From positions 1-64,000 of the IMG/VR virus record IMGVR_UViG_3300038309_000252: 64,000 nt of DNA; one strand, given 5' to 3'. A model generated the notes under the pieces. That model worked only from the letters and a program-made list of their open reading frames with translations, was not told where the DNA came from and did not search any database. Position numbers and translations under genes: made by a program. Source of the stretch: a virus. This document shows positions 1 through 10,500 of the stretch, piece after piece. Each line of letters begins with the position of its first letter. Position 1 is the first letter of the stretch.

Positions 1-162
1 TGGTTCAATAAAACAAGAAACATTAAACAACAAATGATCTAGAACAACAAATTAACCCTGGATCAACCTGGTTCAATTAAACAAGAAACATTGAACAAGA
101 TAAGATTGAATCAATCATCCTTTGTTGGTTTGAGGCAGAAATCCATCTTTAAAATTAAATTT
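1..162. repeat. Modular non-coding repeat array (truncated by window start); inverted copy of 38424-38550
   Basis: Reverse complement of 1-162 matches 38424 onward (AAATTTAATTTTAAAGATGGATTTCTG...TCTTATCTTGTTCAATGTTTCTTGTTTAATTGAACCAG...) with few mismatches. Internal modules TGGTTCAATWAAACAAGAAACATT recur at 1 and about 69. Confidence 0.9.
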
Positions 163-219
163 AACATGTTGAAACACAAGGAACTAGACAACAAATTAAA
201 CATAACATTCATCAAATAC

Positions 220-226
220 CTAAATA
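220..226 (+). promoter_or_regulatory. Probable T4-type late promoter (CTAAATA)
   Basis: Variant of the T4 late TATAAATA motif upstream of gp25. The same CTAAATA lies upstream of three other late operons. Confidence 0.6.
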
Positions 227-259
227 AAATAATTCATCAATTTTACTATTTTAATTTCA

Positions 260-646
260 ATGCAAAAAACAACATATAGAGACTTAGACTTAAACTTTAT
301 TACCCATCCATTATCAAAGGATATTGTAAAAAAGTATGATGAGATTGCAATCAAGCAATCTATCAAAAACCTAGTTTTAACAAGAAACTATGAAAGACCA
401 TTTCATCCAGAAATTGGTTCACAAGTACAACAAATATTATTCGATCCTGCTACACCAGTAACAAAACATCTTCTTGAAACAACTATTACAAATACAATAC
501 AAAACTTTGAACCAAGAGTTCAATTATTAAAGGTTGTTGTTCAATTTGATGATTCACAATATACTGTAAATATTATAATTTATTTTAAAATAGTAAGCAC
601 AGAAAGACCTTTATCAATCGATTTTATATTAACGAGAACAAGGTAA
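260..646 (+). CDS. gp25: Baseplate wedge subunit gp25
   Basis: AIKQSIKNLVLT..ERPFHPEIGS and NFEPRV motifs; directly precedes gp6. Confidence 0.93.
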   Translation: MQKTTYRDLDLNFITHPLSKDIVKKYDEIAIKQSIKNLVLTRNYERPFHPEIGSQVQQILFDPATPVTKHLLETTITNTIQNFEPRVQLLKVVVQFDDSQYTVNIIIYFKIVSTERPLSIDFILTRTR

Positions 647-2463
647 TGCCATCAAGAAGAATAGTTACAACTGATCTTGATTTTGATCAAATTAAGCAAA
701 ATATTAAAAAATATTTTCAAGGGCAAGAACAATTTACAGATTATGATTTTGAAGGTTCTGGGTTATCAATATTAATTGATGTATTAGCATATAATACTCA
801 TTACAATGCTTTATATCTAAATCTTGCTTTGAATGAAACATTTCTAGATTCTGCTGTTAAAAGAAACTCTGTTGTTTCAAAAGCAAAAGAATTAGGTTAT
901 GTACCAATGTCTTCACAATGTGCTACTGCAATTGTTAATGTGCAAATGATTAACAATAGACTAGATGCACCAGAAACCTTGGAAATGGCAAAATATACTC
1001 CATTTGTTGCCAAACAAGGTGATTATAAGTTTACATTTTATACACAGAATTCACAGATTGCTTCTAAATATAATAATCAATACAATTTTGAAAATGTAGT
1101 CTTAAAAGAAGGAACACCAACAGTAAATACAATTATTTGGGATGGCAGTTCCAAAGTAACTATTCCTAATTACAACGTTGATATTACAACACTTAAAGTT
1201 CTAGTACAAGAATCTACTCAATCCACAACATATACAACATTTAACCTTGTTTCTACAATTGCAAATATTAATAATACAACACCTGTTTATTTCATCAATG
1301 AAATTGAAAATCAATATTTTGAATTGCAATTTGGTGATGGAATACTTGGAAAAGCATTAGAAATTGGTAATGTAATTAGATTAGAATATATGGTAACAGG
1401 TGGTGATATTGCAAATGGAGTATATTCATTTCAATATAATGGTGGAGCAGTAAATAATACTCAGATTTATACTACAACTGTTCAAGTATCTTCCAGAGGT
1501 GCACCAATTGAAGATATAGAATCTATTAAATGGAATGCACCAAGATATTACGCAGCACAAGATAGATGTGTTACTGCTGATGATTATAAATCAATGATAT
1601 ATCGTTTATATCCTACTGCTAAATCTGTTAATATTTGGGGAGGTGAACAAAATAATCCACCATCATATGGTGATGTTTTTATTTCTATTCAACCTGATAA
1701 TAATGAAACTTTATCGGAAGCAGAAAAACAATACATTATGTCAGAAATAATTGAACCAAGGAAATTAGTTACAATTCATCCAAAGTTTGTTGATCCAATT
1801 CATATTAATATTAGTATGGACGTAAACTATTATTATGATATTCAAAAATTAAGAAATACTGTTAGTGATTTATCAACAAGAGTATTTGCAACAGTTTTCA
1901 ATTTTGGTCAAACAAATCTGAATAAGTTTGGTGGCATCATGAAATATTCCAAACTTACAAGAGCTATTGATGATACTGATCAAGCTATTACAAGTTCAAT
2001 TGTTACTCTTAAATTACATCAAGTAATTGCTCCTATTTACAATCAGCAATATCAATATGTTATCAATATGGGGAATCCAATTTATAATTCAGGAGAACCA
2101 GAGCAATCTGTTATAACAACAGGTGTTTTTCTATTAAGTAGTTCTGATATTGTCTATTTTGATGATTTACCAATTGAAAATAGCAATAAAGGTTACATGA
2201 GAATGTATACATTATTGAACAATCAACGCAAATATATTAAAAATGTTGGAACTGTTGATTATTTACAAGGAATTATTACTTTAAATGACATTGTCATTAC
2301 TGGATTAGAAACAGGATCCTGGACATTTATTATTAAACCACAATCAAATGATGTTGTATCAAGGCATAATGAAATTGTCAATATTCCACAAACTCTTATT
2401 AGAGTGATTCCTGTACAAGATAAACCTGCAGATCAATATACATTTTCTTCAAGTAGAAATTAA
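646..2463 (+). CDS. gp6: Baseplate wedge subunit gp6
   Basis: LDFDQIKQN..FTDYDFEGSGLSILIDVLAYNTHY, FGDGILGK and QDRCVTADDY motifs. Confidence 0.95.
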   Translation: MPSRRIVTTDLDFDQIKQNIKKYFQGQEQFTDYDFEGSGLSILIDVLAYNTHYNALYLNLALNETFLDSAVKRNSVVSKAKELGYVPMSSQCATAIVNVQMINNRLDAPETLEMAKYTPFVAKQGDYKFTFYTQNSQIASKYNNQYNFENVVLKEGTPTVNTIIWDGSSKVTIPNYNVDITTLKVLVQESTQSTTYTTFNLVSTIANINNTTPVYFINEIENQYFELQFGDGILGKALEIGNVIRLEYMVTGGDIANGVYSFQYNGGAVNNTQIYTTTVQVSSRGAPIEDIESIKWNAPRYYAAQDRCVTADDYKSMIYRLYPTAKSVNIWGGEQNNPPSYGDVFISIQPDNNETLSEAEKQYIMSEIIEPRKLVTIHPKFVDPIHINISMDVNYYYDIQKLRNTVSDLSTRVFATVFNFGQTNLNKFGGIMKYSKLTRAIDDTDQAITSSIVTLKLHQVIAPIYNQQYQYVINMGNPIYNSGEPEQSVITTGVFLLSSSDIVYFDDLPIENSNKGYMRMYTLLNNQRKYIKNVGTVDYLQGIITLNDIVITGLETGSWTFIIKPQSNDVVSRHNEIVNIPQTLIRVIPVQDKPADQYTFSSSRN

Positions 2464-2468
2464 TAAAC

Positions 2469-4205
2469 ATGAGCAATACTTCATTATCTGTTCTTTATCA
2501 AGTACCTGAGTTTATAAGATCAGATTACCCACAATTTCTAGCTTTTCTTCAAACATATTACAAATGGTATGAAGAAGTTTTTATGCCTGGAAAGTTTTCT
2601 GAATTAACAGATATTGATTTAAGTATTGCTCCATATGTTGAACAATTCCAGAAACAATATGATGTTTATGGAATATCTGTCAATTTGACAAATCAAAGAT
2701 TTCTTTTAAAACATATTAAAGACATCTATAAATCAAAAGGTTCTGCTCGTGGTTTTGAGATGTTATTTAGAGCAATATTTAATACTGACGTTTCAATTAT
2801 TACACCATGGGATTATGTATTTAAAACATCTGCTGGGCAATGGACTCAAGATATATCTATTTTTGTAAAATCATTATCAGAAAACATTGGAGAATTGGTT
2901 AGTCAATTAATTACAGTAGTTGATAATAATAATAAAGAATATCAAACATATGTCAAAGCATTAACAGTTTTACCAAATAATGTTTATGAATTATTCATTA
3001 CTAGATTTGCTCCAACAACAGATCAAGAATTAGTATCTTTTTATACTTCTGATAAATCTATATCAGGTTCTTGCTTAAAAACAACTATTGGTATCGATAT
3101 TTTTCTTGCTGGCACTGGATTTAAAGCAGGGCAAGTGTATTCTGCTGACTCCTTTAGTGGTAAAGGTACTTTAGTCAAAATTAAACAAGTAGATAAGTTT
3201 GGTGGAATTAGATCAGTAGAAATTATTAAGTATGGATCAGGATATACAACAGATTTCAATATTTTAGTATCTCCATCTGGTTCTTTAGGTGCTGCATCTT
3301 TACAATCAAGAATACAACTTGGAGAATTAATTTATAAGACAAAGGATTATACAAATACCCAATTTGAACAAGGGTTAATTGTAAGACATAACTATACAAA
3401 TATAGATAATCATTATCTTACAGATCCAACTTATGTTGGTAGTATTGCTGGTGAAATTACAACTAATAATATTGAAAATATCCAAGATAATCAAAATTAT
3501 GCATCTTTAACATTAAAAATAGGTTCTATTTGTGTTTATCCTGGATATTACCAAAAGAACAATAATATCATTGGTGATTCAGTTTATCTTCAAGATTCAT
3601 TTTTTTATCAAACATTTTCATATCAGACATCATCAATTTTACCATTAGACACATATAGAAATATTGTAAGACAAGGATTTCATCCTGCAGGAACAAAGCA
3701 TTTTGGAAGAATTGATTGGACATATACAATTGATTTCAACACTGTGATGATTCCTGCATTAAATATTATTTCAAAAGATGACGCATTAAGAGATAATACT
3801 AAATTAATTGAATCTATTAGATTTGATATTAATGCATATTTCGAAACCCAATTCAGCAACATTGTTGATGCATTTAAACATGTAGCTAATTATATAAGAC
3901 AATATTCTGATCAAACTTCAGGATTAATTGATTCTATTACTAAGACTTTTACTAAATATAGTATTAATGATTCAATAACGATTCAATCTGTTATTAAAAC
4001 TATTCCAGGTATTACATTTTCTGATAAGACTACAATTATTTCAGCGCTGGCATTAACACCAAATAAGAATATATCAGATGTTGTTGTTACTGGATTTACT
4101 GATTTTAGTGGTGCTTATGGAACAGAATGGTATGTAGAACCATTATCTCCAATGCCATATTGGAAACCAACTTATACAGAAACAGAAAGAGCATTTACAA
4201 ATTAG
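2469..4205 (+). CDS. gp7: Baseplate wedge initiator, gp7-like
   Basis: VPEFIRSDYPQFLAFLQTYYKW, YKSKGS..FEMLFR and LQDSFFYQTFSY..HPAG motifs; lies between gp6 and gp8. Confidence 0.75.
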   Translation: MSNTSLSVLYQVPEFIRSDYPQFLAFLQTYYKWYEEVFMPGKFSELTDIDLSIAPYVEQFQKQYDVYGISVNLTNQRFLLKHIKDIYKSKGSARGFEMLFRAIFNTDVSIITPWDYVFKTSAGQWTQDISIFVKSLSENIGELVSQLITVVDNNNKEYQTYVKALTVLPNNVYELFITRFAPTTDQELVSFYTSDKSISGSCLKTTIGIDIFLAGTGFKAGQVYSADSFSGKGTLVKIKQVDKFGGIRSVEIIKYGSGYTTDFNILVSPSGSLGAASLQSRIQLGELIYKTKDYTNTQFEQGLIVRHNYTNIDNHYLTDPTYVGSIAGEITTNNIENIQDNQNYASLTLKIGSICVYPGYYQKNNNIIGDSVYLQDSFFYQTFSYQTSSILPLDTYRNIVRQGFHPAGTKHFGRIDWTYTIDFNTVMIPALNIISKDDALRDNTKLIESIRFDINAYFETQFSNIVDAFKHVANYIRQYSDQTSGLIDSITKTFTKYSINDSITIQSVIKTIPGITFSDKTTIISALALTPNKNISDVVVTGFTDFSGAYGTEWYVEPLSPMPYWKPTYTETERAFTN

Positions 4206-4214
4206 GGAGTCTCT

Positions 4215-4673
4215 ATGTCAGATTTAATTGAAAAACTTAAAGTAACAGGATTGGTTACATTATCTCAATATAGAGATAACCAATTGATTGCAACATATGA
4301 AGTTCCAAATATCATTGTTACTTCTGGATTACAACATATTGCTAGCTGTATGACTTCAGTTGCAGCTAATAATCCAGTAAGAATGACACATATGGCGCTT
4401 GGAAATTCATCTGTAACACCATCATTAGGACAAACTTCATTAGGTGGTGAATTAGGTCGTGTTGGATTAGGTGGTGGTGCTGGATCTGCTTCAGGTAATA
4501 CAATTACATATACAGCAATGTTTGGTGCTGGTGTTGCAACTGGTGCTGTTGTAGAAGCTGGCATTTTTAATAATGTAACACTTGGTGTAATGCTTTGCAG
4601 AACAACATTTCCAGTTATCAATAAAGGGGATTCTGACTCATTGGCAGTTACATGGTTGATTACAATCCAATAA
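4215..4673 (+). CDS. Small virion structural (baseplate/tail) protein
   Basis: NIIVTSG..MALGNSS..EAGIFN..MLCRTTFPVINK pattern typical of baseplate-region proteins; SD GGGAG. Confidence 0.65.
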   Translation: MSDLIEKLKVTGLVTLSQYRDNQLIATYEVPNIIVTSGLQHIASCMTSVAANNPVRMTHMALGNSSVTPSLGQTSLGGELGRVGLGGGAGSASGNTITYTAMFGAGVATGAVVEAGIFNNVTLGVMLCRTTFPVINKGDSDSLAVTWLITIQ

Positions 4674-4677
4674 AATC

Positions 4678-7569
4678 ATGGCAATTGACTTTTATATAAC
4701 AAATCCATCATTTAAGACTGCTTTAGCAGAAGCGCTTTATAATGAAATTCAATTTAATACAAATAATTATTATTATTTTTTAGGTAAGACTTTACCATGG
4801 AAAGATGATAAAGTTGCTGATCAACCAATAAATAATCTTTTTGTTGAAAATGAAATGCGTAAAAACATGATTTTCTGCAAAAAGGTAACTACATCAGATA
4901 CATCTTTTATTATCCCACGTATTACATGGATTGCAGATACAGTTTATGATCAATATGATAATATGATTGGACAATCTATTTCATATAATGTTTCATCTGG
5001 TCCTTATACCTTTGATTTAGATGGTAATTTTGATTTAACACAATTTGGTAGAGGATGGTTAGTTGAAGGTGAAGGTATTCCAGAAGAAACTTATGTTGAT
5101 GAAGCAACATCAACAAAATTATCTTTAACAAAAAGAACAACTAGTGATGTTTCTTATATTACAATTACAAAATTATCCACAAATGGTGCAAAATCATTAA
5201 ATGAATCTGATTTTTATGTTTTAACAGCTGACCAGCATGTTTATAAATGCCTATCAAACAATCAAGGAAAACCTTCAACTATACAACCATATTCTACAAC
5301 ACATGAAGTAATTCAAACATCTGATGGATATATTTGGAAGTTCATGTATACAATACCAAATGCCTTGATTAATAAGTTTTTAACCTTATCTTATATGCCA
5401 GTAACTACTGCTGTAAAAAGCGCTTTCTACTCAAATGGTGCAATTACATCAGCAACTGTTGATGCTTATGGAACAGGGTATAATTCACTTTCTCAATTAA
5501 CTGTTCTTGGTGATGGTTCAGGATCAAAAAGTTATTATAATATTAGAAATATTACAATAACAGATTCAGGAGAAGGGTATTCATTTACTCCAACTATAAC
5601 AATTCAACCACCATACCAAGCAGATTTGTTTATTGCAAATCACAAATATTATTCAGATCAATATATTAAAAATGCTCAAGGATTAATTTATAAAGTAATT
5701 GCAGAAGGAACGACAGGATTAACAGAACCAATTCATACTGGTGATGAACAAGTATTTAATGGAACTTGTATATTGCAATATGTTGGTGAACCACCATATG
5801 CAACAGCAGTAATGAATACTCCTGATAATGGAAAAATTAAATCTATAACAACTGCTGGTGTTATCTATAGAATATCTTTAATTTCTACTGGAAGTGGTTA
5901 TGATAGTAGTTATCCACCAAATATTACTTTTACTTCTGGTGATGGTGTAAATGCAAGTGCAATATCAGAAGTTGGTTATGATGGACATATTCGCGATATT
6001 AGAATGATTAATCGAGGTGTAGATTACACCAATGCGACAGTTGCTATTGATAGTCCAATTATTAATTCAATTACAATTAATTCAACTAGTTCTTCTGTTG
6101 TTAATTTAGAAAATAACACAATTACATTCAATAATCATCAATTTATTACTGGTGATAGAATAAGGTATATTGTTGGTAATATTGGTAGTAATCCAATTGG
6201 TGGATTAATTGATAAAGGTATATTTTATGTAATTGCTGTTGATCAAAATACTTTTAAATTAGCTTATTCAATAGTTAATGCAAAAAGAAATATTCCAATT
6301 GATTTTACCCAATTAGGTCAATCAATTAATGATATTATAGAAGATGATTATAATATTGCAACAGCAACTGTTGAGATTTATAAAGGGTTTGGGTATAAGT
6401 TTATTCCAACAGTTACTATTCAACCACCATTTAATCACGATTATGAATATAGTCCAAATCAAAATGTATTACTAGATAAAATTGTTCGTGTTGATATAAG
6501 ATTTTATAAAGTGACCACAGCAGGTGTTCTTGGAACAGAAATACCTATTCATACAGAAGGTTCTGCATCATGTGGAAGTGCAGTTCTGCAATATATGGGA
6601 AGAACAGCTTCTGCAATATTAACAGCTGATAAAACTTCAGCTAAATTGCTTCCTGTAATTGAAAATGGAGCAATTGTTGGTGTAATTGCTCAAGATCCTG
6701 GAATTGGATATACAACAGCAGATATTATAGCAAGTGGCGGTTTAGGTGCTATTATTAATCCTAATCTTCAAATTGGCAATCTTGATACAAGGCAAGCTAA
6801 TACAGAGTTATTGGCAATTCCAGGAAGTATTGACAGAATTGATATATTGCATAATGGGATTGATTATTCTTATGCCAATATTACTATTACAGGTGATGGT
6901 ACAGGTTGTACAGCACATGCTATTCTTAAAGAAGGAGCAATTGATAGAATTATTATTGATAATTCTGGGTATGGATACACATATGCCACAGTTACAATTA
7001 CTGGAAATACTAATGCAGTTCAAGCATATGCTAATCCTGTTATTTCACCTCTTGAAGGTCATGGAAAAAACGCTGTAAAAGAATTATTTTCTAAGAATAT
7101 TATTCTTTCCACTACAATTGCTAGGGATAAGAATCAAGGGTTTATCGTTAATAACGATTATAGGCAATTAGGAATTGTTAAGAATCCATTATTATATCAA
7201 TCAACAACAAGATATACTCAATTAACTGGTTCACCATGCTTTTCTGTTACAGGTGATTTTATTTACAGTATTATTGAAAAGGATATGATTTTAACAAGTT
7301 CCAATGGTGCGAAATATATTGTTATTGCTAAACCAGAAATTGAACCAACTGGAAGTATATTTCAAATATTAGTACAAACTTTGGATAATGAATTGATTTT
7401 TCCAAATACTGTTGTTACTTACAATAATATTAACCAAGCAACTATATCAACTGTACATACTCCAACCATTGATAAATATTCTGGTGATATTATGTTTATT
7501 GATAATAGACAAGCATTTCAACCAACATTAGAACAAACTATTTCTATTAAAACGATTATCAATTTCTGA
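4678..7569 (+). CDS. gp8: Baseplate wedge subunit gp8 with inserted beta-rich domains
   Basis: YYYFLGKTLPW, FYVLT..VYKCLSNN, DGYIWKFMYTI, NDYRQLGIVKNP and YSGDIMFIDNR motifs. Confidence 0.85.
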   Translation: MAIDFYITNPSFKTALAEALYNEIQFNTNNYYYFLGKTLPWKDDKVADQPINNLFVENEMRKNMIFCKKVTTSDTSFIIPRITWIADTVYDQYDNMIGQSISYNVSSGPYTFDLDGNFDLTQFGRGWLVEGEGIPEETYVDEATSTKLSLTKRTTSDVSYITITKLSTNGAKSLNESDFYVLTADQHVYKCLSNNQGKPSTIQPYSTTHEVIQTSDGYIWKFMYTIPNALINKFLTLSYMPVTTAVKSAFYSNGAITSATVDAYGTGYNSLSQLTVLGDGSGSKSYYNIRNITITDSGEGYSFTPTITIQPPYQADLFIANHKYYSDQYIKNAQGLIYKVIAEGTTGLTEPIHTGDEQVFNGTCILQYVGEPPYATAVMNTPDNGKIKSITTAGVIYRISLISTGSGYDSSYPPNITFTSGDGVNASAISEVGYDGHIRDIRMINRGVDYTNATVAIDSPIINSITINSTSSSVVNLENNTITFNNHQFITGDRIRYIVGNIGSNPIGGLIDKGIFYVIAVDQNTFKLAYSIVNAKRNIPIDFTQLGQSINDIIEDDYNIATATVEIYKGFGYKFIPTVTIQPPFNHDYEYSPNQNVLLDKIVRVDIRFYKVTTAGVLGTEIPIHTEGSASCGSAVLQYMGRTASAILTADKTSAKLLPVIENGAIVGVIAQDPGIGYTTADIIASGGLGAIINPNLQIGNLDTRQANTELLAIPGSIDRIDILHNGIDYSYANITITGDGTGCTAHAILKEGAIDRIIIDNSGYGYTYATVTITGNTNAVQAYANPVISPLEGHGKNAVKELFSKNIILSTTIARDKNQGFIVNNDYRQLGIVKNPLLYQSTTRYTQLTGSPCFSVTGDFIYSIIEKDMILTSSNGAKYIVIAKPEIEPTGSIFQILVQTLDNELIFPNTVVTYNNINQATISTVHTPTIDKYSGDIMFIDNRQAFQPTLEQTISIKTIINF

Positions 7570-7580
7570 AAGGATAATAA

Positions 7581-10500
7581 ATGGCAATTAATTTCAAATC
7601 AGGTCCATATTACGATGATTTTGATCCATCTAAAAATTACTATAAGGTGTTATTCAAACCTGGGTTTGCAGTTCAAGCAAGAGAATTAAACCAGCTTCAA
7701 TCAATTTTACAGCATCAAGTTTCAACTTTTGCTAATCATGTATTTAAGAAAAATGCTATCATTATTCCTGGTGGAATTGTAATTAATGGTGTTGCAGATA
7801 TGTTGCAGGTTACCAATATTGGTGATCCAACTGTTTTGATTGGAAAAACAATTACAAATGCTCCATATTTTGATCTTACTGATGATTCTACATTAAATGG
7901 ATATATTACTGCTGTAGTTATTGCAGTCAAACCAGAAACAGATACAACACCAGCAGTTTTATATTTGAAATATTTCAAAACTCAACAGAATAGTAATGGT
8001 ACATCTCGTTCTGTGTTTGATATTACAGATAATGTAAATGGGTTAAAAACTGTTGACCAATCTATTGTATCATTCAAAGTTCACCAAAATGGTGCAACAG
8101 TTGGAAAAGTAGTAACCTTAAACAAAGGAACATTTTTTACAAAAAATATATTTGTAGATGCTCCATTACAATCTTTTATTCTTGAAGTTGATAACCAAAC
8201 AGTAACAAATGCTGCTATTGGGTTAGATGTTGTTGAATCTTTTGTATCATCAGATGATGATAATAGTTTATTAGATAATGCTTATGGAGCACCAAATCAA
8301 TATGCTCCTGGTGCTGATAGATATAAAATTGATTTAGTATTAAACAGATATAATTTAACATCTATTCCAAACGATGAAAAGTTTATTTTAATGATGAGAG
8401 TTGAAGATAATACTGTAACTTATCTTAATTCAACAACAGAATATGCTGAATTAATGACAACTATGGCACAACGCTTATATGATGCCAATGGAAATTTTAT
8501 TGTAACTGGTCTGTCTACTAAAATCAGTCCAACAACAGATGATGAAAAACTATGGTGTACAGTAAATCCTGGTAGAGCATATCTTGGTGGATATCATTAT
8601 AATCAAATTGCTAAACAAACAGTTGTCATTGAAAAACCAAGAGACGCAGCACACCAAGAACAATTAAATGTTGTTAACAAATATGCAGATGATTTAACAT
8701 ATTTCTTTATTCCTGGTGGAACATATCTAAAACAAATCCCTGAAATCAATTCATTGGTTCAATTTGTAAATATTGATCCATCAGTTGTTGGAGGAAAAGT
8801 ATTAGGTTATGGTGTATTTCGTGATATTCAATATGCATTTGGTGATATTAATACAGGAAAGGGTATTTATAGAGCGTATTTTGATAACGTTACATTTGAA
8901 AAAGGTGTATCAACAAGTTCAATTGGTGGAATTAAAACAATTATCAATGGAGAAGGATTTCCAATTCTTCATGCATTAGGTATTTCAAACGTTATTAATG
9001 GTTCTGGTCCATTTACGATTGGAGATACTATTCAAGCAGCTAGTGATAGCACACAATCTGGATATTTGTACCATTATTTGAATAATATCTTGTATTTGAT
9101 TAAAAATACAGAAAATCCTATTCCAAATATGGATACAGTAAAAGATATTGCTAATGGAACTACAGCTCAACGTGGATCTACATTTGTAACTAATTATGAT
9201 CCAATGAAGATTCCATTATTTAATATCAATAAAGATACTATTAAAACTTTATATACAACTATTAATGGTAATAGTATTAATCCAACATCATTTACCATTA
9301 CAAGAAAACAAGTATTTTCAAATTTAGCTATTGGGGTAACAACATCTTCTGTTTTGAGTGGAAATGACAAGTATGCAGATATTTCTCCATTCAATTATGT
9401 TGTAGTTGTTGTAAATCAAGGATCAGAAACAACATATGATTTGACAGAAGATGGATTAATTACACTTGATGTTATTGGCGGTAGTAAAAGCTATTCTATT
9501 AATCTTCCTTCTGGGCACTCTTTACTAGGAAAAACTGTATGGATTTATAGTACAGTTATCAAGGAAAATGAATCTGAAGCTAAGAAAACTGTTAGTTCAT
9601 TAAAAACAATTACTGTAAAAACACCATCCGATGCTTATACTCCATTAGAGGATCAAGATATTATTTCTGTAAATAAAATTACAGAAGGAAGGACACAATC
9701 AATTTATTTACAAAGTAACCAAACTAATGCTATATTATTTGATCCTGATACAGGTAAAACAACTGTTAATACTGTTGAACAACATGGTCTATCTGTTGGT
9801 GATATTGTTGTAATTAAAGGTGTAGAAAGTTCAAATTATCCAACTAGTTATCCAACTGTTGGATATAATGGAATATTTACTGTTACTGATATTACATCAC
9901 AATTAGCTTTCAAAATTAGTACACCTTTAACTACAGTTACTTTTGATCCAACAACAAGTTTGAATGTTAGTACTGGAATATTTACTGTAAATAATCATGG
10001 GTTTACTACTGGAGATCAAGTAGTTTATACTCAAGGAACTACATCTATAGGTGGATTAACTAATAATCAAGTATACTATGCTATAGTATTAACAACTAAT
10101 ACATTTCAATTAGCTTCAACTAGAGCTAATGCTATTAATTTTATTCCAATTACTATTACTAGTGCTGGAACAGGAACAACACATAAATTAACAGATCAAG
10201 TACCTGGATCATATATTCCAGGATCAGGTTTTGTTGCTTTACCACCAAGTATTACAAATGATACTGATGTAACAACTAGATATTCATTTACTAGTGGACA
10301 AACCCATAGTTTAATTAATACTGGAGCAATTAAACTTAAGAAAAGCGCTATAGCACCAATTGGTCAATTAGCAGTTCAATATAATTATTACAATATTAAT
10401 TCTTCAGGTTCTTATGTTTCAGTGGATAGCTATGGTGATCATACAGATGATTTATCATATATTGGCAATATTAAAGATATATTGAGTCCAACAAAAACTA

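Noticed and set aside
91-279. 62-aa ORF
   Set aside because: TTG start inside the repeat element, spans the probable late promoter, and the inverted copy diverges after position 162.
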